A stretch of DNA of 64,000 nucleotides from Bacteroidales bacterium (GTDB lineage: Bacteria > Bacteroidota > Bacteroidia > Bacteroidales > VadinHA17). Shown here piece by piece: positions 8,782 through 17,914 of this stretch (its first letter is position 1; every line of letters begins with the position of its first letter). The stretch spans positions 436 through 64,435 of the forward strand of contig DAOOUQ010000024.1 in the NCBI GenBank assembly GCA_035390825.1, read 5' to 3'. Under the pieces are notes generated by a model that searched no databases, was not told where the DNA came from, and saw only the letters and a list, made by a program, of their open reading frames with translations. The position numbers and the translations under genes are program-made.

Positions 8782-9519
8782 ATGGCACTGGTACAGGAAT
8801 TTGAATCGAGCGGCAACTGGTTATTTAAAAGAAGGAGCTGGCTGCCCGTAATTCTCATTGTTGCAGGAGTTTATGTCCTGTATATCACCAACAGGCAGGC
8901 AATAATTTTCAATTCGACATGGGAGCTTGTCTTCCTTGGGGTAAGCCTGGCTGGCGAGGCAATCAGGGTATATACTGTTGGTTTTGCTCCAAGGAACACA
9001 TCGGGGCGAAATACCTCGGCAGGCCAGGTTGCGGATGAACTGAACACTACAGGCATTTACTCACAGGTAAGGCATCCCCTTTATGTCGGAAACTTCCTCA
9101 TGTGGCTCGGGCCCGTGCTTTTTGTCAGGACTCCGGTTTTTGTGCTGGTATTTTTAATGTTCTACTGGCTCTATTATGAAAGGATAATGTTTGCCGAGGA
9201 ACAATTCCTGAGAAGAAAGTTCGGAGATGTATATGACAAATATTCTGAAAAGGTCAGGGCAGTCATCCCTCGTTTCAGAGGATTTACAAAGCCTGCCCTG
9301 CCATTCTCGGTAAAATCAATTCTCAGCCGCGAGTATCACAGCTTCGTAAATATCTTTATAATATTCCTGATCCTCGATTTACTGAGGAATTACTTCCTTT
9401 CAGAGAGGATATGGGTTACTCCGATGTGGATGTATATATGTATTCCGGCGGGACTGATCTGGGTGGTATTGAGGATACTCCACAAAAAGACCACCCTGAT
9501 CAGGGATTCGGGAAGATAG
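8782..9519 (+). CDS. Isoprenylcysteine carboxyl methyltransferase (ICMT/PEMT) family membrane protein
   Basis: RHPLYVGNFLMWLG motif and a downstream EEQFLRRKFGDVYDKY segment; multi-TM. Confidence 0.75.
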   Translation: MALVQEFESSGNWLFKRRSWLPVILIVAGVYVLYITNRQAIIFNSTWELVFLGVSLAGEAIRVYTVGFAPRNTSGRNTSAGQVADELNTTGIYSQVRHPLYVGNFLMWLGPVLFVRTPVFVLVFLMFYWLYYERIMFAEEQFLRRKFGDVYDKYSEKVRAVIPRFRGFTKPALPFSVKSILSREYHSFVNIFIIFLILDLLRNYFLSERIWVTPMWMYICIPAGLIWVVLRILHKKTTLIRDSGR

Positions 9520-9525
9520 AGGATC

Positions 9526-10227
9526 TTAGTCCCTGCTTCCTCCTGTAAATATCATTATATAATAAAGCAGTGTTGCAAGAGATCCGAGTGCGGCAACGAC
9601 ATATGTATAAGCTGCCCATTTGAGGGCATCCTGTGCCTTGTCGTGATTCATCGAAGATGTAATACCGGCATTCGAAAGCCATGCAAGCGCCCTCTGGCTG
9701 GCGTTTATCTCAACCGGCAGAGTAACAAAGCTGAATAGTGTGGTAAGAGCGAAAAGCACAATCCCGAAGCCAAGGATTGCCGGGAATGTATTTACAAGGA
9801 TGACGCCGAGGAGTAAAATCCATTGCACCCATTTCGAGGCAAAACTTACAGGCGGGACCAGCTTCGACCTGAACCCCAGCCATGCATAGGCTGTAGCGTG
9901 CTGTATGGCATGGCCGGTTTCATGAGCCGCAACCGCGGCAGCAGCAATGCTCCTGCTGCTGTAAACATCCTGGCTGAGGTTTATTGTCTTTTTGTCGGGA
10001 TTATAATGATCTGTAAGGCTGCCCTGTACACACTCGACCCTTACGTCATAGATACCGTTGTCCCTCAGCATTTTCTCAGCCACATCCTTTCCTGAAAGAC
10101 CTCCGTCGACAGGTATTTTGGAGTATTTTTTGAATTTCGATTTCAATACTGCGCTTACGATCCAGCTAAGGATCATAAAGCCTATAAAAATAATCCAGAT
10201 AGACATATTTGCATGTTGTGCTTCCAT
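9526..10227 (-). CDS. Putative neutral zinc metallopeptidase (Zn_peptidase_2-like membrane protein)
   Basis: HETGHAIQH motif, an N-terminal TM helix and C-terminal TM helices. Confidence 0.8.
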   Translation of the reverse strand: MEAQHANMSIWIIFIGFMILSWIVSAVLKSKFKKYSKIPVDGGLSGKDVAEKMLRDNGIYDVRVECVQGSLTDHYNPDKKTINLSQDVYSSRSIAAAAVAAHETGHAIQHATAYAWLGFRSKLVPPVSFASKWVQWILLLGVILVNTFPAILGFGIVLFALTTLFSFVTLPVEINASQRALAWLSNAGITSSMNHDKAQDALKWAAYTYVVAALGSLATLLYYIMIFTGGSRD

Positions 10228-10360
10228 AGTTTGATGTATTTTTTTTATTTCCTTTCAAATCTCCTGCCACACCCTTTTCGGGGATCACGGCACGTCAAAA
10301 TGTCATATGCTGCAAAGGTAATCATTATTCAGGAGTATAACAGATGAACGGTTCAATTGT

Positions 10361-10368
10361 TAACTTTG
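10361..10368 (+). promoter_or_regulatory. -7 box TAacTTTG immediately upstream of yidD
   Basis: taactttg ends 4 nt before the ATG at 10373, which would imply a near-leaderless transcript. No clear -33 TTTG. Confidence 0.3.
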
Positions 10369-10372
10369 CAGT

Positions 10373-10666
10373 ATGGCAAAAAGGCTGAATAGCATCCTTT
10401 CGTGGATCTTATCGCTGCCCGTACATTTTTACAGGAAGGCGATATCGCCACTGCTCCCACCTTCATGCAGGCATGTCCCGTCGTGTTCATCCTATGCCCT
10501 TGATGCCCTCAGGATGCACGGCCCTTTTACGGGCTTTCTTATGGCAACCGGAAGGATACTGCGATGCAGGCCCGGAGGCACCCATGGCTACGATCCGGTT
10601 CCCCTTGTACGTTTCAGGAGATATAAGCCCTGGAGATTCTACAGGCGCTGCAACAGGCTTAAATGA
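10373..10666 (+). CDS. yidD: Membrane protein insertion efficiency factor YidD
   Basis: YRKAISPLLPPSCRHVPSCSSYALDALRMHG...GYDPVP matches the conserved YidD core, with an extra basic C-terminal tail. Confidence 0.9.
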   Translation: MAKRLNSILSWILSLPVHFYRKAISPLLPPSCRHVPSCSSYALDALRMHGPFTGFLMATGRILRCRPGGTHGYDPVPLVRFRRYKPWRFYRRCNRLK

Positions 10667-10734
10667 ATTTCGGAATTCGGATTTGTGATTTCGGATTTCT
10701 TAAATCCGAATTCAACCTTCCGAAATCCGAAATC
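10666..10734 (+). repeat. REP/MITE-like nested hairpin element (copy B)
   Basis: aatttcggaattcggatttgtgatttcggatttcttaaatccgaattcaaccttccgaaatccgaaat, same orientation as copy A. It fills the whole gap between the yidD stop and the convergent LytTR stop. Confidence 0.85.
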
Positions 10735-11485
10735 AAAAATTAAGCTCTTCCTTAAGCTGCCTGTATCCGGCCCTGCTTACGGGCAGCTTGTCGCCTGATG
10801 CAAGAATTGCGATATGGTTGTCCTTGCCGTAAGGTTCGATGCGTTTTATTTCCTCCACCCTTACAAGATATGATCTGTGTATCCTGACGAAATCCTTTTT
10901 CGAAAGATTGTCCTCGTAGAATTTCATTGTCTGCTGCTTCATAGCTTTCCCTCCGGAATGATGTATCATTACATAGTCATCCTGGGCTTCGACATATTTT
11001 ATCTGTTCAACAGGGATAAGGTTTATTGCATTTCCCTTGCGGACAACGATCCTGTTCACGGCAGCGACCGGCTCGGGCCTTTTCTCAAGGAGCTCGCTGC
11101 CGGGAACTTTATTGCCGTTGCCCGATGTTATCTTTTCGGTGGCTTTCCTTACTGCCTCAAGGAACCTTGGCTTAGGGAAAGGTTTAAGAAGATAGTCGAC
11201 TGCATTGAGTTCAAATGCCCTCAGGGCATACTGGTCGTAAGCGGTGGTGAAAATAATTTCAGGTTTTTCCGTAAGAACCTCAACAAGTTCAATACCGGTG
11301 AGACGCGGCATCTGTATATCAAGGAATACGAGGTCGGGTTTAAGCCCCGAAATTGTTTTCAATCCTGAAAAACCATCTGCGCATTCGGCAATTATTTCAA
11401 TATTATCAACTTCTTTGAGATAATATTTGATAATATCCCGTGCCGGAGTTTCATCATCGATAATTACAGTCCTTATTTTTTCCAT
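10733..11485 (-). CDS. LytR/AlgR family response regulator (receiver + LytTR DNA-binding domain)
   Basis: Receiver motifs (DLVFLDIQMP, LLKP) and a C-terminal LytTR region (IHRSYLVRVEEI). Confidence 0.93.
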   Translation of the reverse strand: MEKIRTVIIDDETPARDIIKYYLKEVDNIEIIAECADGFSGLKTISGLKPDLVFLDIQMPRLTGIELVEVLTEKPEIIFTTAYDQYALRAFELNAVDYLLKPFPKPRFLEAVRKATEKITSGNGNKVPGSELLEKRPEPVAAVNRIVVRKGNAINLIPVEQIKYVEAQDDYVMIHHSGGKAMKQQTMKFYEDNLSKKDFVRIHRSYLVRVEEIKRIEPYGKDNHIAILASGDKLPVSRAGYRQLKEELNF

Positions 11486-11556
11486 TATCAGGCTTATTGT
11501 CTGAATAACATAACATTAAGTTTCCCGGCAATATACCTCAGACTGCATCAGAAGCT

Positions 11557-11662
11557 CCTTGTGTAGCCTTGTGCCTTCCTTAGTTCACCTTAGTGTCAAA
11601 AATTAAAACACTTAACCACAAGGGATCGCAAATGATATAACAAAGGGCGCTAAACACTAAAG
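11557..11662. repeat. Imperfect inverted-repeat element built from CCTTGTG/CCTTAGTG units and their complements
   Basis: Left arm: ccttgtgtagccttgtgccttccttagttcaccttagtgt. Right arm contains cacaagg, caaaggg and acactaaag. It lies in the 245-nt gap between the kinase and regulator genes. Confidence 0.6.
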
Positions 11663-11730
11663 CAGAAAAACCTGCTTCTGAAACAGCCTCTTATACTTGC
11701 CGTAACAAATTTATTCGATTTCAGTTGAAA

Positions 11731-12783
11731 TCAGACTGCGGAAGGGATAAAAAGTGTAACTGTATATATACCGTTTTCCTTGCTGGTTTTAATGAAGGCC
11801 TTTTTGTTATAAAAGATATCAAGCCGTCTGGCAACGTTTTGGAGGCCGGTGCCGGTGCCTTTTAAAGGCGTGGTGTTGGTTTCGTAGTTATTGCTTATTA
11901 TGATCTCGAGGTAGCCGTTTTTACAGGCAACTTTTGTTTTTATGCTTACACATTCGGTACTCTCATAGACGCCGTGTTTTATTGCATTTTCATAAAGTGG
12001 CTGAAGAATCATTACCGGCATTTTTATTTCAAGACATTTTTCCTCTATGTTTTCTTCAGTGGTAAGCCTTTCACCGAATCTGACTTTTTCTATTTCGAGG
12101 TATAGTCTCAGATTTTCGAGCTCACTTCTCAGAGTAACAGGCTGTTCGTCTTTTTTTGAAAGGGCGTACCTCATGAAATCCGATAATTTGATCAGCATCT
12201 CCCTTGCACGTTCGGGGTCGGTAATCGTAAGATAGCTTATTGAATTAAGGCTGTTGAAAAGGAAATGCGGATTAATCTGGGATCTGAGCATTTTAAGTTC
12301 TGTATCTCGCACCAGATTTTCAAGTTCCACCGCTTTTGCATTCTTGGCAGCAAGATTGGAGAGATTGAGGAACAGGTAATAGGCAAGCATTATAAGCACG
12401 AAAATGAAAATCCCTGTGCCAATCCTGTAGGGAAACGTGGAAACCCAGTAATCTTGATAGTCGTTTAATGCAGGTAACAAGAGGGGGACGCCGTAGCGGG
12501 TAACGAGCAGCCAGAGGGATAAACTGGCAATTCCTGCCAGCAGATTGTTTACAATGACGCCTGTTGTATTTTTGCTTGCCGCGATTATATACCTGAAAGG
12601 GTACCAGAGAGACAGTCCTATTCCTGAAAATGTAACAAATGATACAATTGCATCAGGTATTAAACTTGCAGTGAAACTGCCATAGGCGAAGTTATACAGA
12701 AGAGTCTGCCCCAAAGTTGTGAAGAGCCAGACCAGCCACCATACTATAAGCCTTATCCTGTCGGTAAGTATGGGATGCTTCAT
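11731..12783 (-). CDS. Sensor histidine kinase, LytS/YehU type
   Basis: N-terminal multi-TM region, then QINPHFLFNSLNSI (His_kinase motif) and an ATPase domain (GTGTGLQNV). Confidence 0.92.
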   Translation of the reverse strand: MKHPILTDRIRLIVWWLVWLFTTLGQTLLYNFAYGSFTASLIPDAIVSFVTFSGIGLSLWYPFRYIIAASKNTTGVIVNNLLAGIASLSLWLLVTRYGVPLLLPALNDYQDYWVSTFPYRIGTGIFIFVLIMLAYYLFLNLSNLAAKNAKAVELENLVRDTELKMLRSQINPHFLFNSLNSISYLTITDPERAREMLIKLSDFMRYALSKKDEQPVTLRSELENLRLYLEIEKVRFGERLTTEENIEEKCLEIKMPVMILQPLYENAIKHGVYESTECVSIKTKVACKNGYLEIIISNNYETNTTPLKGTGTGLQNVARRLDIFYNKKAFIKTSKENGIYTVTLFIPSAV

Positions 12784-12795
12784 CAGTTAAAAACG

Positions 12796-13563
12796 TTAGT
12801 AGCTTTTTATCTCGCCGCCGCCAAATATAACGGCTCCTTTTATTACAAGATGTTTTGAAAGATCCACGCTCCTGCCGGGCATCAGTTTGCGTGAATCACT
12901 GAACCCTCCGAGTATTGGGGTTACCTCGATAGTTATATACCAGTCGTCGGGGACAATCAGAGTGGCTCCCCCGAATATGCATGCAAGTTCAAGCTCGGAA
13001 ACACCGGGGGCCAGACCCGCCTTTGTAAGATCGAGCTCGATGCCGCCGAAGATTGCCGTAATTTTGCCTCCCTTGAAATTCCGGGACATTACCTGACGTT
13101 CGTCGCCGCTGAAAACATTCACATAATCAACGAAATCATCGCCCACAACCCCCTTTGTGGTGACGGAATGAAAACCTCTTTGTTTTGAAACAATGAAGAT
13201 TATGCCGACTATTATAAATATGGAAGGCCAGAACATGTTATACATGTGGAAAGTCTCCCGGAAAATCAGCGGGATCATAAAAAATGCCCCCACTGCCATT
13301 ACTATCACTCCGGCAGTTTTTTCTCTTGCCCCAAGAGTCATTACAACGCCAATCACAACAAGGAGCATTGGCCAGCTGAATATCACATTGTCGATGAACT
13401 CGGGAAATATTCCGGTATTTCTTATGACAAGGAAAAATCCGGTTAGAACCAGGACCACTCCGATGATGGCCCTGTTGCCTGCAGACCCTCTCCTTAACAT
13501 ATCCTGATCCTTATCGTCCCTGAAATGGCGGCGATCATCCCTGAAGTCGTCTTTTGTTTCCAT
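12796..13563 (-). CDS. LiaF-like membrane protein (cell-envelope stress module)
   Basis: Four TM helices plus a C-terminal beta-rich domain (GGIELDL...LACIFGGATLIVPDDW...PILGGFSD) typical of the LiaF C-terminal domain. Confidence 0.7.
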   Translation of the reverse strand: METKDDFRDDRRHFRDDKDQDMLRRGSAGNRAIIGVVLVLTGFFLVIRNTGIFPEFIDNVIFSWPMLLVVIGVVMTLGAREKTAGVIVMAVGAFFMIPLIFRETFHMYNMFWPSIFIIVGIIFIVSKQRGFHSVTTKGVVGDDFVDYVNVFSGDERQVMSRNFKGGKITAIFGGIELDLTKAGLAPGVSELELACIFGGATLIVPDDWYITIEVTPILGGFSDSRKLMPGRSVDLSKHLVIKGAVIFGGGEIKSY

Positions 13564-13581
13564 GATAAAAATTTGTTTAAA

Positions 13582-13947
13582 TTAATCGATTTTTTTTCTT
13601 TTAAAAAAAGAAGAAACAATAAAGCATAATCCAATAAGGATTATGAGTGAGGGCCAGTAAATGGTGCGGATGTATTGAGGGATCTCATAATCCCTGTTCT
13701 CAATGAAAAACCAGGTCCCTATGGCGATAAGAACCAGTCCGCCCGTGAACTGAAGGTTTAGGAGCAGCAATACACCAATGAACACCAGCACTGTTTCCCA
13801 GGTGAAGTATTCCTGAACACTTCCCAGCCCGAGCAGGTCGTTGGTGGCTACAAGAAGTGCAAGTCCAAGAACGATAAGGAACAGTCCGACTCCCACCCGG
13901 GGATGATGTTCCCTGTTTTTTTCCATGGGATGAACTCTGTTCTTCAT
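13582..13947 (-). CDS. Small multi-TM membrane protein (LiaI/LiaF-TM-like)
   Basis: 121 aa with four hydrophobic helices; first gene of the minus-strand LiaF-like/kinase/regulator string. Confidence 0.6.
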   Translation of the reverse strand: MKNRVHPMEKNREHHPRVGVGLFLIVLGLALLVATNDLLGLGSVQEYFTWETVLVFIGVLLLLNLQFTGGLVLIAIGTWFFIENRDYEIPQYIRTIYWPSLIILIGLCFIVSSFFKRKKID

Positions 13948-14100
13948 TACATTAGTTGTTTATCCGAAACAAAAATAATTCAGATGCAATACAAGATTTA
14001 ATACAAATCGGCAAATAACCTTAAAAAACCGGCAGACGGAGTTTTTAGGCCATTACTGTTACTTTTTTGTTGATAATTTTTTAAATTGGATAAGGATTTA

Positions 14101-14108
14101 TATTTTTG
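14101..14108 (+). promoter_or_regulatory. -7 box TAttTTTG upstream of yceD-rpmF-plsX-fabH
   Basis: tatttttg lies 20 nt upstream of the ATG at 14128. The nearest upstream TTTG is at a non-canonical spacing. Confidence 0.35.
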
Positions 14109-14127
14109 CAGACCAAATTTCAAATAG

Positions 14128-14649
14128 ATGGCCGGATCATTTACAATACCAGCAGTAGGGATGAAAGACGGGCATCACCTTTATAATTTTGAAATTGACA
14201 AGAAGTTTTTTGACCTTTTTGAAGATTCGGAGATCAGGGAAGGAAACCTGGCAGTAAGGGTTGAAGCACAGAAAAGCACCTCTCTTGCAGACCTGAATAT
14301 CAGAATAACAGGGGAGGTACAGGTTTGCTGTGACAGATGCCTTGAAATGTTCGGTCATCCTGTTGATTGCGAAAACAGGCTGCTTGTAAAATTCGGGACT
14401 GAGATGGATGACAGCGATCCTGAAATTATTACAATTCCGAGGGATGCAAATGAGCTTGACCTGAAGCAGTATTTTTATGAATTTATTCATCTTTCACTGC
14501 CGATCCAGAGAATACATCCCGAAAACGAAATAGGTGAAAGCACCTGTAATCCGGTGATGATTCAGAAGCTCAGGGAACATCTCGTTGAAGAAAACATAAA
14601 AACAGATCCTGCATGGGACGAGTTAAGGAAATTAATGAATGACAATTAA
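14128..14649 (+). CDS. yceD: YceD/DUF177 family protein
   Basis: CDRCLE...C motif, and the conserved position immediately upstream of rpmF. Confidence 0.88.
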   Translation: MAGSFTIPAVGMKDGHHLYNFEIDKKFFDLFEDSEIREGNLAVRVEAQKSTSLADLNIRITGEVQVCCDRCLEMFGHPVDCENRLLVKFGTEMDDSDPEIITIPRDANELDLKQYFYEFIHLSLPIQRIHPENEIGESTCNPVMIQKLREHLVEENIKTDPAWDELRKLMNDN

Positions 14650-14660
14650 AACATTACAAA

Positions 14661-14846
14661 ATGGCACATCCCAAACACAAACATTCGAAAACCAGAAGAG
14701 ATAAGCGCAGAACACATTATAAAGCCACACCTCCTACGGTAGGTACGTGCTCGAACTGCGGCTCATCTGTACAGTATCACAGGGTTTGCCCCGAGTGCGG
14801 TTTTTACAGGGGCAGGCAGGCAATCGAAAAGAAAGCGACAGCCTGA
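14661..14846 (+). CDS. rpmF: 50S ribosomal protein L32
   Basis: MAHPKHKHSKTRRDKRR N-terminus and a CxxC...CxxC zinc ribbon. Confidence 0.97.
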   Translation: MAHPKHKHSKTRRDKRRTHYKATPPTVGTCSNCGSSVQYHRVCPECGFYRGRQAIEKKATA

Positions 14847-14869
14847 TTCACTAACCAGATAATAAGCTT

Positions 14870-15808
14870 ATGAAAGTTGGAGTAGATGTGATGGGAGGAG
14901 ACTTTGCGCCTTATGCAGTTATTGAAGGTGCAGTTGATGCTCTGGAGCATTTTTCGGCTGAAGAGAAAATTGTTCTTCTGGGTGATGAAAATGTGTTATT
15001 AAGGAAGCTGGGGGAGATGAATATATCTCCTTCTTCTTTTATAATAGTGCCGACAACCCAGGTAATAGAAATGGGAGACCATCCTGCAAAGACTTTTTCC
15101 CAGAAACAGAATTCAAGCATTGCTGTTGGTTTCGGGATGCTTAAAAACGGAACGCTTGACGGCTTTTGCAGCGCCGGGAATACCGGGGCCATGCTTGTCG
15201 GGGCAAGTTACACTGTGAATGTGATCCCCGGCGTATTCAGACCGGCACTTGCTACAATTCTTCCATGTATAGACGGGCGTGATTCGGTTATTCTCGATGT
15301 AGGACTGAATCCCGACTGTAAGCCTGATGTTCTTCTTCAGTATGGAATACTGGGCAGCCAGTATGCAAAATTTGTTCACGGGAAAGAAAATCCGACAATA
15401 GGATTGCTGAATATCGGAGAAGAGGAGTCAAAAGGAACCCCTGCGGTAAAAACAGCCTATGAGATGATGAAAGAACACCCGGGCCTTAATTTCACAGGCA
15501 ATGTCGAGGGGCATGCCCTTTTCCATGAAAATATGCCTGATGTTGTTGTATGCGACGGATTTGTAGGAAACATTGTGCTAAAGCAGGCGGAATCGATTTA
15601 TTTGATTACAAGAAAGATAAAAGTCTCGCATCCGTTTTTTGAACGCCTTAATTTTGAAAATATCGGAGGGACACCCATTATAGGCATAAATGCCAACGTG
15701 GTAATTGGTCATGGCATTTCAAAAAGGAAAGCCATAATGAATATGATAATTCAGACAAAAGCCGTTGTGGCTGCCAACCTGGCTCAAAGGATCATCGAAG
15801 CTATCTGA
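14870..15808 (+). CDS. plsX: Phosphate acyltransferase PlsX
   Basis: [15 protein letters not shown]-terminus and conserved gene order rpmF-plsX-fabH. Confidence 0.95.
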   Translation: MKVGVDVMGGDFAPYAVIEGAVDALEHFSAEEKIVLLGDENVLLRKLGEMNISPSSFIIVPTTQVIEMGDHPAKTFSQKQNSSIAVGFGMLKNGTLDGFCSAGNTGAMLVGASYTVNVIPGVFRPALATILPCIDGRDSVILDVGLNPDCKPDVLLQYGILGSQYAKFVHGKENPTIGLLNIGEEESKGTPAVKTAYEMMKEHPGLNFTGNVEGHALFHENMPDVVVCDGFVGNIVLKQAESIYLITRKIKVSHPFFERLNFENIGGTPIIGINANVVIGHGISKRKAIMNMIIQTKAVVAANLAQRIIEAI

Positions 15809-15810
15809 AT

Positions 15811-16815
15811 ATGACAAAGATACGGGCTGCCATAACAGGCATCCATTCATGGGTCCCGGAATACCGGCTCACAAATTTCGAGCTTTCAAAAATGGTCGAC
15901 ACATCTGATGAGTGGATCATGCAGAGAGTCGGCATAAAGGAAAGAAGAATTCTGAAGGGAGAAGGAATGGGTTCCTCCGATCTTGGTGCAAATGCGGTAA
16001 CAGGATTGCTCGAGAAAACAAAAACATCTCCCGACGAAATAGAGCTTTTGATTTGTGCAACCATTACGCCCGACATGTTTTTCCCTGCAACGGCCAATAT
16101 CATTTCAGATAAGGCAGGGATAAAGAACGCTTTCAGTTTTGACATCGGTGCTGCCTGCTCCGGTTTCCTCTTTGCACTCCAGACAGGTGCAGCCTATGTT
16201 GAAACAGGAAAATTCAAAAAAGTAATTGTCGTCGGAGCCGATAAAATGTCATCAATAACGGATTATACCGACAGGACCACCTGCCCTCTGTTTGGTGACG
16301 GAGCCGGGGCGGTACTGCTTGAACCCACATCTGAGGGATACGGAATAATGGACTATATTTTCCATACCGACGGTTCAGGCAGAAAATACCTGCATATGAA
16401 GGCCGGCGGTTCAGTCAGGCCGGCCTCACACGAAACCGTCGATGCCAGGGAACATTATATTTACCAGGAAGGGCAGAGTGTTTTTAAGTTTGCTGTGGTA
16501 AATATGGCAGATGTGGCTGCCGAGATAATGGAACGGAACAACCTTAAGGCTGATGATATTGCATGGCTTGTTCCCCACCAGGCCAACCTCAGGATTATTG
16601 ACGCCACAGGGCGCAGGATGGGACTCCCTCCTGAAAAAGTCATGATCAACATCCAGAATTATGGCAATACCACCGCCGCAACAATCCCTCTGTGCCTTTC
16701 CGATTATGAAAGTCAGCTGAGAAAGGGCGACAAGCTTATTCTTGCCGCTTTCGGAGGAGGATTTACATGGGGATCCGTTTATCTTAAATGGGCCTACGAT
16801 CCGGAAAAGAAATAA
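15811..16815 (+). CDS. fabH: Beta-ketoacyl-ACP synthase III
   Basis: AACSGF active-site Cys context, HQANLRII and GNTTAATIP motifs. Confidence 0.96.
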   Translation: MTKIRAAITGIHSWVPEYRLTNFELSKMVDTSDEWIMQRVGIKERRILKGEGMGSSDLGANAVTGLLEKTKTSPDEIELLICATITPDMFFPATANIISDKAGIKNAFSFDIGAACSGFLFALQTGAAYVETGKFKKVIVVGADKMSSITDYTDRTTCPLFGDGAGAVLLEPTSEGYGIMDYIFHTDGSGRKYLHMKAGGSVRPASHETVDAREHYIYQEGQSVFKFAVVNMADVAAEIMERNNLKADDIAWLVPHQANLRIIDATGRRMGLPPEKVMINIQNYGNTTAATIPLCLSDYESQLRKGDKLILAAFGGGFTWGSVYLKWAYDPEKK

Positions 16816-16863
16816 TCCCGGGAAACATATCCGGACTTTATTAATTTTACCTGCAATAGTTTT

Positions 16864-16871
16864 TATATTTG
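16864..16871 (+). promoter_or_regulatory. -7 box TAtaTTTG upstream of the bactofilin gene and atp locus
   Basis: tatatttg lies 38 nt upstream of the ATG at 16909. No exact -33 TTTG. Confidence 0.35.
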
Positions 16872-16908
16872 TGAGTTATTATGTTTGTAATATAATTCTG
16901 GCAAAATC

Positions 16909-17310
16909 ATGGGAAAATTCAACGAAGCGGATAATACTGCGATCAACCTGCTTAGCAATGGGACTGAGATTACCGGTGATATCAAGTCAAACGGAGACAT
17001 AAGGATTGACGGATTTCTTACAGGCAACCTGACAACAAAGGGTAAGGTTGTGATAGGTCCGACCGGAAAGGTGAAGGGGGAAGTATATTGCAAAAACTCG
17101 GAAGTGTCGGGAAACATTGAAGGCAGGATCTGTGTCAGTCAGCTTTTAACCCTGAAGGCCGATTCCAGGATCACAGGGGATATTGTGACGTTTAAGCTTT
17201 CAATTGAGCCCGGGGCCAAATTCACAGGCAATTGTAAAATGAGCGAAAGCGAAAATAATGACGGAGCCATCCCCACAAAAACAAAAGAACCGGAAAAACC
17301 AATTAAATAA
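16909..17310 (+). CDS. Bactofilin family polymer-forming protein
   Basis: Repeated beta-helix pattern ITGDIKSNGDIRIDGFLTGNLTTKGKVVIGPTGKVKGEVYC...SGNIEGRI. Confidence 0.88.
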   Translation: MGKFNEADNTAINLLSNGTEITGDIKSNGDIRIDGFLTGNLTTKGKVVIGPTGKVKGEVYCKNSEVSGNIEGRICVSQLLTLKADSRITGDIVTFKLSIEPGAKFTGNCKMSESENNDGAIPTKTKEPEKPIK

Positions 17311-17503
17311 AGGTATACAGGATTTTGGAAAATACTCGGGCATGGCATTCCAGATGCTGGTTATAATTGCTGTTATGACATGGCTGGGAGTAAAGCTCGA
17401 CAAAGTCCTGGGATTATCTGTGCCTGTATTTACTGTCATATTGTCTCTCCTCGGTGTATTTGCCGGGATCTATACAGCGATAAAGGATTTCATCAAACAT
17501 TAA
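17258..17503 (+). CDS. AtpZ/AtpI-family small membrane protein of the ATP synthase locus
   Basis: KYSGMAFQMLVIIAVMTWLGVKLD... matches the AtpZ-type core. Starting at ATG 17258 overlaps the bactofilin 3' end by 53 nt; an alternative ATG is at 17342. Confidence 0.75.
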   Translation: MTEPSPQKQKNRKNQLNKGIQDFGKYSGMAFQMLVIIAVMTWLGVKLDKVLGLSVPVFTVILSLLGVFAGIYTAIKDFIKH

Positions 17504-17512
17504 CTGGCGGAT

Positions 17513-17896
17513 GTGATACTCAGAAAATTCCTGACCGGATTATTATTGATTTTTCTCCTGATCATGGCAGGAGGATACCTTCTTGTAAATTTTACGGAAA
17601 CCCCCCTTTTTTTCGATGATATCATAACACTTACTGCCTCATTCTCAGTCATAGGCGTTATTTCAGGGATCATTTTTACAACAGGGATGAAGAAAGGCCC
17701 GGAAGCACGGACAATGTATCTTATGGTTGCATGGGTTTTTAAGCTGCTTCTTGAAATGGTTCTGGCCCTGCTTTGGTTCCTGATTGTTAAAAAAACTTAT
17801 TTGGCCTCCGTAATATTGTTTTTTGTACTATATTTGGCCATCTCTCTGTATTCAATGTTTTTTATATTGAACACACTGAAATCTAAACCTTTATAA
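17513..17896 (+). CDS. Four-TM membrane protein, ATP synthase protein I-like by position
   Basis: GTG start, 127 aa, four hydrophobic helices, located between atpZ-like and atpB. Confidence 0.6.
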   Translation: MILRKFLTGLLLIFLLIMAGGYLLVNFTETPLFFDDIITLTASFSVIGVISGIIFTTGMKKGPEARTMYLMVAWVFKLLLEMVLALLWFLIVKKTYLASVILFFVLYLAISLYSMFFILNTLKSKPL

Positions 17897-17914
17897 ATAT
17901 TATTCTTTAATTAT

